From Blastochloris sp. (GTDB lineage: Bacteria; Verrucomicrobiota; Verrucomicrobiia; Methylacidiphilales; JAAUTS01): 60,949 nucleotides of DNA. The translations under genes were made by a program, and so were the position numbers. The DNA lies in assembly GCA_012031345.1 (NCBI GenBank), contig JAAUTS010000001.1, positions 1 to 60,949 on the forward strand, written 5' to 3'. The notes beneath the pieces were generated by a model. It was not told the origin of the DNA and did not search any database. It was given only the letters and a program-made list of their open reading frames with translations. How positions within the stretch are numbered: the stretch's first letter is position 1; each line of letters opens with the position of its first letter. Positions 1 through 9,264 of the stretch are shown here, in pieces.

Positions 1-916
1 TTCCAGACACCAGCAAACGGGATCTTCCTTCACCGGCAAGCTGCCGAATCGGAAAATACCGCCACGGCCCCTTCGCTTTCCGGCGATTCCTTTTGCATCA
101 ACTCACTAACGACACCAGCCAGCATGTCGTTGTAGAAACTTTCACCCAAGGTGTGATCGAAGTGGATGCCGAGTCGGTCGTAAATGGTTTGAATCTCGAC
201 TTTGGAAAGGTCGATGAACCTTTGCCAGAGAGCGCGGTTTTCGGGATCGCCCTGTTGAAGTTTAAGCAACTCATGACGGGCCTCCTGCAGGGTGGCTTCG
301 TTGGTTTTACTTTCTTCCTGAACGGACTTGTAGAGGGACTCGAGATGGGCGAAAGGATCGCGGGCCAATTCCTCTGCCTGCCCCGCACGTTTGTAGCCCA
401 GAATCACCATGCCGAACTGTGTGCCCCAATCTCCCAGATGATTGTCCGTGATGACCTGATGTCCCAAACTTTTCAGAACACGGGCCAGGCTCTCGCCCAG
501 GATACTGCTGCGGATGTGTCCGACGTGCATTTGTTTGGCGACGTTAGGGGAGCTGAAGTCCAATAGCACCTTGAGGGGTTCGGCCACGGGACGCAGTCCC
601 AGTCTTGGGTCCCGGCGTAGATCCTCCAAGGTCGAGACGATGACTTCAGGGCGGAAGCTGAAGTTCACAAAGCCCGGACCGGCGATTTGTGGCGGGAGCA
701 GCTCGGGGTCTTGCTGGAAGGCATCAACGATTTGTTGGGCGAGCTGACGCGGGTTTTGTTGTAGAGCTTTGGCAGAGACCATGGCCCAGTTGGTTTGAAA
801 CTGGCCGAAGCGTTCATCCTGACAGGCGCTGACGCTGGCGGGCTTGGTGGCGGGAAATTCCGTCCGGTCCAGGCCTGGAGTTTGTTTTCCAGTCGTTGGA
901 GCAGGGAGGTGGTCAT
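1..916 (-). CDS. argS: arginyl-tRNA synthetase, N-terminal ~300 codons; 3' end leaves the window; frame interrupted
   Basis: ORF 30..782 has the class-I HIGH motif (MHVGHIRS). In-frame upstream of its listed Met it reads DERFGQFQTNWAM, an ArgRS N-domain signature. A plausible N-terminus MTTSLLQRLENKLQAW (ATG at 916, 8 nt after the ptsN-like stop) lies in another frame, implying an indel near 840-860. The frame also closes at 30. Confidence 0.85.
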
Positions 917-923
917 GGTGGGG

Positions 924-1382
924 TCAGAGGGCTTCTTTGAAGAGCTTTTGCAGCTCAGCGTGTTCCTGGACATCCTTCAATTTTTGTTTCATGCCGGGTC
1001 GGCTGAGAAACTTCCCAACATGTGCCAGGGTGCGGAGATGAGCACCGTAATCATGGCTGGGAACGAGGATGACAAAGAAAACGTGAACAGGTTGATGATC
1101 CGGGGCGGCGTAGGGGATGCCTTCTTTGGATCGGGCGAGGATGACGACCGAGCCGGGCAGGCCGGGAATGCTAGCGTGGGGCAGAGCCAGTCCTTCCCCG
1201 ATGCCTGTGCTGAGTTTTTGCTCACGGGCGATGAGAGCATCGAGGGTGTTTTTTCTGAGGTCCGGGGGAAGCAATTGTTTGTCCACCAGAAACTGAACCG
1301 TTTCCTCAAAGACCTCGGTGGAGGTTTTACCTTTGAGATCGGAGAGAATCAGGGGATGTAAAAAAAATTCCGTCAAAGGCAT
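924..1382 (-). CDS. ptsN: PTS EIIA(Ntr)-type regulatory protein (PtsN-like)
   Basis: 152 aa. EIIA-2 type phospho-His context GEGLALPHASIPG. Typical size. Confidence 0.7.
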   Translation of the reverse strand: MPLTEFFLHPLILSDLKGKTSTEVFEETVQFLVDKQLLPPDLRKNTLDALIAREQKLSTGIGEGLALPHASIPGLPGSVVILARSKEGIPYAAPDHQPVHVFFVILVPSHDYGAHLRTLAHVGKFLSRPGMKQKLKDVQEHAELQKLFKEAL

Positions 1383-1406
1383 GGTGCAGGAGGAAGTTGG
1401 TGGTTG

Positions 1407-2060
1407 CTACGGATGGAACGTAGCGGACGCCATGGATTTGACAAGCTGGACCAAGGAAAAATAATCTTCACGACAATAGTGGGCCAGTTGTTGCAGAGTT
1501 TGACTCAGGGGTAGGGGACGCAACCAGAGCCAGAGCAGACTTTGAATGATGAGCAGGTTGAGAACAAGAATCAGGATGAAGGAGAAAAAGTAACCCTGAC
1601 TTTCAAAATCAGGTTGCCTCGTTTTCAGCAGCGTGATGGTGTGACAGAGATGAAAGCCCCAGCTTGCCCCCCATATTAAGAGGAAAGCCCAATTGTAGTG
1701 TTGCCACTCGGGTTGAAAGAGCAGCAACAGGGCCCAGCCCAAACCGATCACCATGGGGTAGAAAGGAACAAAGTAGGGGGAGAGTGCAATCAGAACGGAG
1801 TTGCGGTCGCTGACCACATGGCCGCCCTGCGAGCTGACTTTGAATCCCGAGACACGACCCCCACTCAAAAGCACGGCCATGGCGTGGGTGGTTTCGTGAC
1901 CCAGCACATAGAACCAGTTTCCACGGGGCAGGCAAAGATAGGCAAAGGCACAAGTGGAAAAGCCCAAGGCGAAGGTCAGGCATTGCGCCCAGATTCCGTC
2001 ACCGTGGAGCGAAGACTGCTGGATCAGGAACCAGGCAAAGCGTCCCAGACTGTAAATCAT
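1407..2060 (-). CDS. M50B-like integral membrane metallopeptidase family protein
   Basis: 217 aa, multiple hydrophobic spans. HExxH motif in a membrane context (LGHETTHAMAVLLSGGRV...SQGGH), as in Peptidase_M50B. Confidence 0.55.
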   Translation of the reverse strand: MIYSLGRFAWFLIQQSSLHGDGIWAQCLTFALGFSTCAFAYLCLPRGNWFYVLGHETTHAMAVLLSGGRVSGFKVSSQGGHVVSDRNSVLIALSPYFVPFYPMVIGLGWALLLLFQPEWQHYNWAFLLIWGASWGFHLCHTITLLKTRQPDFESQGYFFSFILILVLNLLIIQSLLWLWLRPLPLSQTLQQLAHYCREDYFSLVQLVKSMASATFHP

Positions 2061-2148
2061 GGGAGCGAGGACCAGGGCAATTAGGAATTTTAAAAAACTT
2101 TCACCGCTTGACTTTATTTCAGCTCTTGCAATTCTCTTCAGCTACATT

Positions 2149-2403
2149 ATGGCAAATACGAAATCAGCTGCTAAACAAGCACGAGTCAGCCTTCGGCGCA
2201 AGACCCTTAACAAGGCGACCAAAACCAAGATCAAGGACGTGAGCAAGGAGTTCAAATCCCTGGTTGCTTCCGGAGACAAAGCCGGTGCGGCCAAGCTTCT
2301 CGGCAAAGTTCAATCCGAACTGGATAAAGGTGCCAAGAAAAACACCATTCATCCCAACAAAGCCTCACGCCTCAAAGCTCAGGCGGCTCGTTTGGTTAAA
2401 TAA
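2149..2403 (+). CDS. rpsT: 30S ribosomal protein S20
   Basis: 84 aa from the internal ATG at 2149. MANTKSAAKQARVSLRRKTLNKA... is a typical S20 N-terminus; basic and alpha-helical. Confidence 0.9.
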   Translation: MANTKSAAKQARVSLRRKTLNKATKTKIKDVSKEFKSLVASGDKAGAAKLLGKVQSELDKGAKKNTIHPNKASRLKAQAARLVK

Positions 2404-2440
2404 CCTTTCTCTCCCAGAACTTTTTAGACAGCCTCTAAGG

Positions 2441-2509
2441 ACCGGAGCTAAAACCCGGTGCTATTCAACGGAGCCCGATTTGGCTCCCGGCACCCAGCTC
2501 CGGTTTTTA
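2441..2509. terminator. bidirectional stem-loop between convergent rpsT and the 2507..2881 gene
   Basis: Outer arms accggagct (2441-2449) and agctccggt (2496-2504) enclose the inner hairpin ggagcc-N6-ggctcc (2470-2487). A T-run follows at 2504-2508. Confidence 0.5.
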
Positions 2510-2881
2510 GTCCCTGCTCATTTTCTCGTCCTGGGTCTCGGCCTCTTCGTGGCGACTGGGAGAGGCCAAAAACCAGCAACTGGCTGAGATCAATACCACG
2601 ATCCCAACAACAGCGCCGAACCAGAGCCAGGTGTTGATCTGGCCGACGTTCACCAGGTAAAGCAGCGGCAGAGTGATGCAGAGCAGAACAACAAAAAGTG
2701 CGACCCAGGCGGAGCGGTGGCCAAAATTCAGGGTCCATCCGAACCAGGGGTTTCTTTTCGGCACGATAAATCGGGGATCCTCCTGGCAGTGGTAGAAGTT
2801 GAAATAGAACCTCCAATGTCGAGGCTCTTTCCACAAACGCTCCAAAGTTCCATGGGGCAACCTTTTCATAATACTTCGCAC
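2507..2881 (-). CDS. small membrane protein, DUF5808-like
   Basis: 124 aa. Motif DPRFIVPKRNPWFGWTLNFGH is followed by two hydrophobic helices. Confidence 0.45.
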   Translation of the reverse strand: MRSIMKRLPHGTLERLWKEPRHWRFYFNFYHCQEDPRFIVPKRNPWFGWTLNFGHRSAWVALFVVLLCITLPLLYLVNVGQINTWLWFGAVVGIVVLISASCWFLASPSRHEEAETQDEKMSRD

Positions 2882-2918
2882 AATATATGTTATATCAAGT
2901 TACGTAAGAAATTGGTGC

Positions 2919-3509
2919 TTAAGCGTTTGTCTTAAGATATGAGATCATCTGTTCCATCGCCCGTGCCCGGTGGCTGATCCGGTGTTTGATCTCCCCACCG
3001 AGTTCAGCGAAGGATTCCTGATATCCTTCCGGCACAAACAAGGGATCGTAACCAAAGCCAGCCTTGCCGCTTGGCTGGCGGGTGATGCGTCCTCGCACCT
3101 TGCCCTGAAAACTCACCAGCAACTCCGAGTCCCGCGCCAGACTCAGCACACAGACAAACTGTGCACCTCGTCGATCCTCTTCCACGGGTTCCATTTTTTG
3201 CAGCAGCAGTTGATTGTTTTTTGGGTCATCGGCGGGTTCCCCGGCAAATCTCGCGGAATAGACCCCCGGTGCTCCAGCCAAGGCATCGACCTCCAGGCCC
3301 GAGTCATCCGCCAATACCAAACCAGCAAAGTGCGCCGAGCATTCCCGTGCTTTCTTGACCGAATTCTCCTCAAAAGTCGCTCCGTCCTCGATCACCTCCG
3401 GCAAATGCGGTAGATCCGACGCACTGAGAACCTGCCAGTCCGAACCCAGGATTTCCCTGAATTCCCTCACCTTCCCCAGGTTCCGTGTTGCGATCAAAAG
3501 TGATTTCAT
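2919..3509 (-). CDS. rdgB: non-canonical purine NTP pyrophosphatase (RdgB/HAM1)
   Basis: 196 aa. IATRNLGKVREF...DDSGLEVDALAGAPGVYSARFAG...FGYDPLF are family signatures. Confidence 0.9.
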   Translation of the reverse strand: MKSLLIATRNLGKVREFREILGSDWQVLSASDLPHLPEVIEDGATFEENSVKKARECSAHFAGLVLADDSGLEVDALAGAPGVYSARFAGEPADDPKNNQLLLQKMEPVEEDRRGAQFVCVLSLARDSELLVSFQGKVRGRITRQPSGKAGFGYDPLFVPEGYQESFAELGGEIKHRISHRARAMEQMISYLKTNA

Positions 3510-3620
3510 AACTTGCGCGACCTGCTCTTCGTCTTCAACAAATGATGGACAGGAAGGGGGCCGATGCCTAGCTTTCTTCTTTTAGACAAGCATTTTACAT
3601 CCCTCTGATCCCATCCAATC

Positions 3621-4799
3621 ATGTCCTTTCAACCTCTCGGTCTTAGCGATCCCATCATCCACGCCGTTCAACGTCTTCGTTACATCGAGCCCTCTCCCAT
3701 TCAGACCCAGGCCACGCCGATCCTGCTCGAAGGTAAAGACCTCATCGCTTCCGCCCAAACAGGCACGGGCAAAACCGCTGCCTTCACCCTGCCCATCCTC
3801 TCCAGACTGGCAGCACATCAACCCAAGACGCGCTGCCTCATTCTCGAACCAACCCGCGAACTCGCCGCTCAAGTCGTCGAGTGTCTGGAAGACTACACTT
3901 TTTTCACCGATCTCAGCTTTTGTCTGGTGCATGGCGGTGTGGGATACGGCACCCAAAATGAAAAGTTGGCCAAGCGTCCCGACATCGTGGTGGCCACGCC
4001 AGGTCGGCTTCTCGATCATCTGGAAAACAAAACGCTGAGCCTCTCCGACATCGAGTATCTGGTTCTGGACGAGGCGGACCGCATGTTGGACATGGGTTTT
4101 CTGCCGGACGTGAGCCGCATCATCCGCCAATGCCCGACGGAAAATCGTCAGACCATGCTCTTCTCCGCCACCATCCCTCCTCGGCTCCAGACCTTGGTCG
4201 GCTGGGCCATGAAAACTCCCGAAACCCTCAGCATCGGTCGCAGTGCCACTCCCGCAGAAACCGTGCGCCATGTTCTCTATCCAGTGGCCGCCGATCAAAA
4301 GTTTGAGCTGCTTTTGGCCATTCTGGAAAATCTGCACTACGAAAGCATCATCGTCTTCACCCGCACCAAAATGGGTGCGGACCGCATCTCCGGCACTCTC
4401 GAGCAGGCCGGACACAAAGTGGTCACCATCCACTCAGACCGCTCTCAAGCCGAACGCACCCAATCCCTGGCCTCATTCAAGGACGGCAGCGTAGAAGTGC
4501 TGGTGGCCACCGACATCGCCTCCCGCGGTCTGGATATTGACGATGTGACCCATGTCATCAATTACGACATCCCCGAGAATCCCGAGGACTATGTTCATCG
4601 CATCGGACGCACGGGCCGGGCCAGTCGCAAGGGAGATGCCCTGACCATCTTTACCGCAGCGGAACTTGAGTTGGTGCAGTCCATTGAGCGTTTGATTGGT
4701 GTGGAAATCGAGCGGGTCAAGTTGGACCACTTCCCCTACGTTTACACCACGCTTCTCGATCCAAAGGCCGCCAGCCGTCGCAAGCCCCGGCGTCGCTAA
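3621..4799 (+). CDS. DEAD-box ATP-dependent RNA helicase
   Basis: 392 aa. Q-motif region, AQTGTGKT (motif I), VLDEADRMLDMGF (DEAD), SAT and HRIGRTGRA (motif VI). Confidence 0.9.
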   Translation: MSFQPLGLSDPIIHAVQRLRYIEPSPIQTQATPILLEGKDLIASAQTGTGKTAAFTLPILSRLAAHQPKTRCLILEPTRELAAQVVECLEDYTFFTDLSFCLVHGGVGYGTQNEKLAKRPDIVVATPGRLLDHLENKTLSLSDIEYLVLDEADRMLDMGFLPDVSRIIRQCPTENRQTMLFSATIPPRLQTLVGWAMKTPETLSIGRSATPAETVRHVLYPVAADQKFELLLAILENLHYESIIVFTRTKMGADRISGTLEQAGHKVVTIHSDRSQAERTQSLASFKDGSVEVLVATDIASRGLDIDDVTHVINYDIPENPEDYVHRIGRTGRASRKGDALTIFTAAELELVQSIERLIGVEIERVKLDHFPYVYTTLLDPKAASRRKPRRR

Positions 4800-4911
4800 A
4801 TTTGAGTTAGTTAACCGCGCTGCCCTAGTGAGACTCCTGTGCGGTCTCGGCTCAATACTCTCTTCCCTCACCTCCAACGCTACACTTGAAAAAATCCGGC
4901 TTGGTTTCCGG

Positions 4912-5241
4912 TTAAGCTCCTATGGCCAGCCAATGGAAGGACACGGAATAAACCAGACTTTCCCGCCAAGTGGAAATTTGAGCTCGGAAACCTTCCGGCT
5001 GAACCTGCACCACCTGCAATACCAAACGCGAGGAATGACGTTGATCCATATCAAATCCCGTCAACCCAAGCTGGACTAGGGGCACGGAGGCGAAACTTTC
5101 CGAAAAGGCAACATCCACCCAAAAACAACGCCGGTCTCCCCCATCAACTGCTGCCACATCCGCCAAAGCCCAACCCTCGGTCAATACTCCCACGCAGACC
5201 GAACCCGAAAGACTTTTCCAAGGAATGTAGGATGTGTTCAT
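4912..5241 (-). CDS. H-type lectin domain protein
   Basis: 109 aa. ...FSESFASVPLVQLGLTGFDMD...GFRAQISTW...VSFHWLAIG matches the H_lectin pattern. No signal peptide. Last gene of the 9905->4912 gene string. Confidence 0.55.
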   Translation of the reverse strand: MNTSYIPWKSLSGSVCVGVLTEGWALADVAAVDGGDRRCFWVDVAFSESFASVPLVQLGLTGFDMDQRHSSRLVLQVVQVQPEGFRAQISTWRESLVYSVSFHWLAIGA

Positions 5242-5290
5242 AAGTTTTATTTCAAAGTAATGTATGAAAGCATCAACTCAAATCAGTCTG

Positions 5291-5830
5291 CTAATATGCA
5301 TGCAGTTGGCTGATAATCAACCACTGGATAAACCCAAGAACTGCCATGTAGCTCAAACGCTTCCACCAGGGAAGATTAGATCGGAAAGCAGGGGCCAGCA
5401 TTAGCAAGAATAGTACAAACAGAGAATAAACGGGCAAATTCTCTGTATGGGCTGCATTAGTCAGTGTTTTCTCAAAAATAAGGTAAATCACCAGACTTGC
5501 CATACTCCAAAATGAGAGCAGGGCAACATGTAGTTGCACCTTTTTAGTCGAAGATAGAATAATAACTGTCACCAAAGCTACCACGATGACAAGCAGAATG
5601 AAAAAGGATGAAAATTGCTTATAAAAAGCTTCTTTAACCAAACCTAAAATAACGAAACTTTTTAATACATTCAACAGGCAGAGCACAAGACCATGCCAGT
5701 TATCCTGGGATCGTGTGTCACTATCTTCTGGAAAAGGATTTAGGGTTAAAATCCTGGTGTAGTCTTCGAGAAGACCCTTGAAAAAAACCTGCCAATCAAT
5801 CTTTGACATTGAGTTTGAAGAAATAGACAT
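5291..5830 (-). CDS. multi-pass membrane protein, unknown function
   Basis: About 179 aa from the ATG at 5830, with about 5 hydrophobic helices. Overlaps the 3' end of the upstream gene, suggesting translational coupling. Confidence 0.5.
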   Translation of the reverse strand: MSISSNSMSKIDWQVFFKGLLEDYTRILTLNPFPEDSDTRSQDNWHGLVLCLLNVLKSFVILGLVKEAFYKQFSSFFILLVIVVALVTVIILSSTKKVQLHVALLSFWSMASLVIYLIFEKTLTNAAHTENLPVYSLFVLFLLMLAPAFRSNLPWWKRLSYMAVLGFIQWLIISQLHAY

Positions 5831-6539
5831 ATGGTTTTTGTTTAAGCTCGGGACCATAAGCACAGTGAATTTCCAAAGGCTTCCCAGATTCAATGTTTAG
5901 GCTGAACCTCACCCACGAAGGCTTTGTGCGTAGAGATTTAAGATACAGGATTCTTTCCGTGCCGGGTTTTTGATCTCTTAATTGATGGAGGGCCCGGTTC
6001 AGAGTGGAAAAGGAATCTGGATCAGGGGCTAACACCGAGTGCTGCCAAAATTCCAACCTATGCCAACGAATCCATGGAGACTCATTCTTTAGAGAACTAC
6101 TACTGTGAATACTCCGATAGTTATCCACTGTTATTTTATCGTCATGTGGCAATGTAAGCGCCTTAAGATCCGCACCATCCTCTTTTTGAACATTGTTTCT
6201 GAACAGCACCAGCGGCCTGCCTTCTTGAAAGGTGCGGACGAAAACCACCTGACGGGCAACACCCGTGCTTGGTGGAACAGCCCAATAGAGTGATGTTGCG
6301 CCATGCTGACGCCTGATTTTCGCTGACCCTTGGTCCTCCAGTAAAATCCACTCGCGTTTTGGAGAATCGTTATCAACAACTATTGACGATGGAATGGCAA
6401 GTTTGAACACATCCTCCTGCCTGGGATGATCTCCCGGCTTGGCTAGGACAGGTGAAACAAATGCCCATAGACCAAGCAGTTGAAACATTCTCGCAATGTT
6501 CTTCTTCCGAACTTTCATGATATCCAATGACCCGAGCAT
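5796..6539 (-). CDS. secreted protein, unknown function
   Basis: The ATG at 6539 overlaps the stop of the hydrolase gene (TGATG). N-terminal signal-like segment KKNIARMFQLLGLWAFVSPVLA. Confidence 0.5.
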   Translation of the reverse strand: MLGSLDIMKVRKKNIARMFQLLGLWAFVSPVLAKPGDHPRQEDVFKLAIPSSIVVDNDSPKREWILLEDQGSAKIRRQHGATSLYWAVPPSTGVARQVVFVRTFQEGRPLVLFRNNVQKEDGADLKALTLPHDDKITVDNYRSIHSSSSLKNESPWIRWHRLEFWQHSVLAPDPDSFSTLNRALHQLRDQKPGTERILYLKSLRTKPSWVRFSLNIESGKPLEIHCAYGPELKQKPYVYFFKLNVKD

Positions 6540-8020
6540 CAATACCTGATTATGTTGAAAACATCGGCTGAAGGAAGACGCAGGAGCGTAATGTCAACCA
6601 CCGTGGTGCGATGGACTTGCAACAAGCCTTCCAACGCTGAACCGCTTAGAGTGTAACGCACTGGAAGATAGGCAATATCTTCTGTCTCCGGCTCCGTCGC
6701 GCTGATCTCCAAGGTACATTCCCTGACCTGGGATAATTTTGAAACCCAGGTTCCAGCCGATTTTTCAAACTGAGCCAGCCTCAAGTAAAAACAGATGCAC
6801 CCCGGAGTATGCTGGTTGACATGCTTGTCTTCAAACAACTCACGAATGGGCAGAGAGTCTGGTTGATTGACAGGTGCATCGAAAAAAACGTCGAAATGCT
6901 TGACTGGTCTTCCATCCTGATCCCGAATTCGGAAAATCACCTGGGCATGGGGATCATATTGGTTCCGGGGATCCTCCGCCCAAGGCGTCCAACCAGGAGC
7001 CTGTTCTTTGACAACCCGGTCATGACTCTCCCTGGTTGTGTCGTGAAACATTTGGACCAAAGCCCGGTAGGATTGCATGTCGTTTCTGGCAATTGAAAGT
7101 GCCTTAACCAAGAGCGGCAGGACTGAACTCTTGGTTTTACTGCCTGACACAACACCCATGTCTTCACCTCCGTGGGAGCAGAGGTAGGGAATGGCAAAAG
7201 GGATTTCTGATAATCCATTCTTGCCGTTGGAAATGTTGTTGGTCACCACGTAAACACCATCGACGTGTCCCACCCGGTTTTGAAACGAACCCTTGATGCT
7301 TTTGACCTCAGACCAAGGCATCAATGCCTTGTCAGGATCGGGAGTAATCTGGATGTAATTCCAATTCAAGTTTCCGGCGGCAACCCGAACCACACCGTCA
7401 CTGCCGTCTTCTTTGCAATATCTGATCGGATATTCATAAGCCGCAGGATTTGCCTGAGTGCCAATGATGCAATATTCGTGGATATGATAATCTTCCAGCA
7501 TCCGGTTATGCGCAAAGAGAAAGTGCCGGTGGAGGTCCAAGGTTTTTGAGGAGCCAAGTTCCAACTCACCCAAAATTTGCACACCCGGTTCCGCACCATT
7601 CTGAAGAAGGTAACGCCCCCAGCGTGCCATTTGACCTTTGCCGATATGTGCCAACCCACTGCCAAAATTGGCTCCGGCCAGGTGAATCAGGTTGATAATT
7701 GGGGATGGTTTGGGGCTGAAAAGACGAATCCAATTGCGAATCACCAGGGCACCTGTGCTGTGGACAATCACATGAAATCCTGACATCAAAAGATGTGGCT
7801 TGGATATGTGAAGAGCGCGATTTAGTGCCCGCGAGACATCGTCAAGAGTGATCCCATCTTCCATGGATATCCAGCGACTGAGATCTATTTCCTCAATCTG
7901 TGCCCCCATCTTTTGCTGCAAATCAGAAGCAAGGTCTCCGTAAATGTTTTTGATCTGGTCATAGTTCGAATCGTGGCTTTCCGCACTATAACCGTGAATC
8001 AGAAGGATGGGAGGTTTCAT
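6539..8020 (-). CDS. alpha/beta-hydrolase (lipase/esterase-type) with ~250-aa uncharacterised C-terminal domain
   Basis: 493 aa. PILLIHGYS oxyanion region, nucleophile elbow VHSTGA, candidate Asp (GSDGVVRV) and His (CSHGG). No signal peptide. Confidence 0.65.
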   Translation of the reverse strand: MKPPILLIHGYSAESHDSNYDQIKNIYGDLASDLQQKMGAQIEEIDLSRWISMEDGITLDDVSRALNRALHISKPHLLMSGFHVIVHSTGALVIRNWIRLFSPKPSPIINLIHLAGANFGSGLAHIGKGQMARWGRYLLQNGAEPGVQILGELELGSSKTLDLHRHFLFAHNRMLEDYHIHEYCIIGTQANPAAYEYPIRYCKEDGSDGVVRVAAGNLNWNYIQITPDPDKALMPWSEVKSIKGSFQNRVGHVDGVYVVTNNISNGKNGLSEIPFAIPYLCSHGGEDMGVVSGSKTKSSVLPLLVKALSIARNDMQSYRALVQMFHDTTRESHDRVVKEQAPGWTPWAEDPRNQYDPHAQVIFRIRDQDGRPVKHFDVFFDAPVNQPDSLPIRELFEDKHVNQHTPGCICFYLRLAQFEKSAGTWVSKLSQVRECTLEISATEPETEDIAYLPVRYTLSGSALEGLLQVHRTTVVDITLLRLPSADVFNIIRY

Positions 8021-8035
8021 AAATTACTTTCGCTA

Positions 8036-8823
8036 TTATTTTGCCAGGACATTCTTGATAAATTTGTCAGTTTCTATAGCCAACTTTTCAAAACCTTTAC
8101 GGTTCGGATGGATTTCGTCATTCCAATCTCCATCTTCAAGCGTTCCCCTCAAGTTCAAGTGATAAAATTTTGGGCAATCCCGCTGAAGACTGGCCAGCAT
8201 ATCGTTGAATTCATCAATCAGAATCCTGGCAATCTCACGCTGCAAAGCTGCATCACGGATTCCACGAGCCTCCATGACGGGCTTCAGCCATGGACCCATG
8301 ATTTTGAAACCAGCGATGCTCGGCCCCACGCTGCTGGGAATGACATAGTCATAACCATGGGCGATCACAGGCAGATTTTCGTTAACTCGGGAAATCGCAC
8401 GGATAAATTTGATATAAGCCTCCTCAATTCGCTTTAATTCTAAGGCAAGGCGGTTCTGGTCAATCAAAGCCTTGGCTTTCATGCCGGATTTGTACGGCTT
8501 GGGAATAAGGTAGGGCAAAGGATCCCCCAGCAAGTCATTCCCCCCCGCGCTGAACAATACCGCAGACCATTTTTGCGCCCGTATTTTTTCAATGCCTTGA
8601 GGTAATCTCCGCTCTCCACAATCGGCACTGCCTCATCCCCCGATTTCTGCAGCATCAAAGTGGCGTAGTTGAAATCCTCAAAGAGCCAGTCCGCCATATT
8701 TTTGAAAAGTGGAAAGTCAAACCACGAATCGCCTTCCACCAAAAGTCTTGGCCAGGTCGGATGTTTTTTGATCGTTCTTAAAAAGATGGCTGGCCTGGTA
8801 ACACTGGATGTGCGTTGGGTCAT
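8036..8823 (-). CDS. SGNH/GDSL-family hydrolase (frame break near 8560-8590)
   Basis: Block I LLVEGDSWFDFP (ORF 8479..8823), block II FSAGGNDLLG and block V DEIHPN (ORF 8036..8557). The two ORFs overlap in a region with A/C/T homopolymers. Confidence 0.7.
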
Positions 8824-8859
8824 ATGATAATTTTCTGGTTAAATTGATGACCGCGCCAC

Positions 8860-9264
8860 TTATTCGATGCGGATCACTGTTACTGATATTCTGCCTTTGT
8901 TGTTGAAGTAAAATCCCGAGACGTCATTGACAAAACACATGAGTTCACCGGAATGATTCGCCTTATAATCCCTTCTGGCTGAGCCAATGGTAAACGCCGT
9001 TGTCATTTTGAAGTTCTGCGTTCCCATCAGGCAAAACCACTTGTCCGAAGGTGCGCGGCGCAGCCATTCGGTCAATGTCATCAGGATATTTACGGAATCA
9101 AAACCGTCCGGAGTGCAGGGAATGGAGGCGTCACTCAAGTCTTCGAGCACCTCCGTTCTGAACTCATAAATACCACCTTGCTCGATCAAGAGTCCTGATG
9201 GGTTCCATTTTTTTTCCGCCCAAACATCAAAACTATAATTCTCGGCGGGCATGAGAGTTGTCAT
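8860..9264 (-). CDS. PA-IL/LecA-like lectin-fold protein
   Basis: 134 aa. The C-terminus ELMCFVNDVSGFYFNNKGRISVTVI parallels LecA [23 protein letters not shown] (recalled from memory). Its ATG overlaps the upstream stop (ATGA). Confidence 0.55.
   Translation of the reverse strand: MTTLMPAENYSFDVWAEKKWNPSGLLIEQGGIYEFRTEVLEDLSDASIPCTPDGFDSVNILMTLTEWLRRAPSDKWFCLMGTQNFKMTTAFTIGSARRDYKANHSGELMCFVNDVSGFYFNNKGRISVTVIRIE

Noticed and set aside
3582-4433. 283-aa ORF antisense to the DEAD-box helicase
   Set aside because: Shadow ORF opposite a gene with all helicase motifs. No recognisable features.
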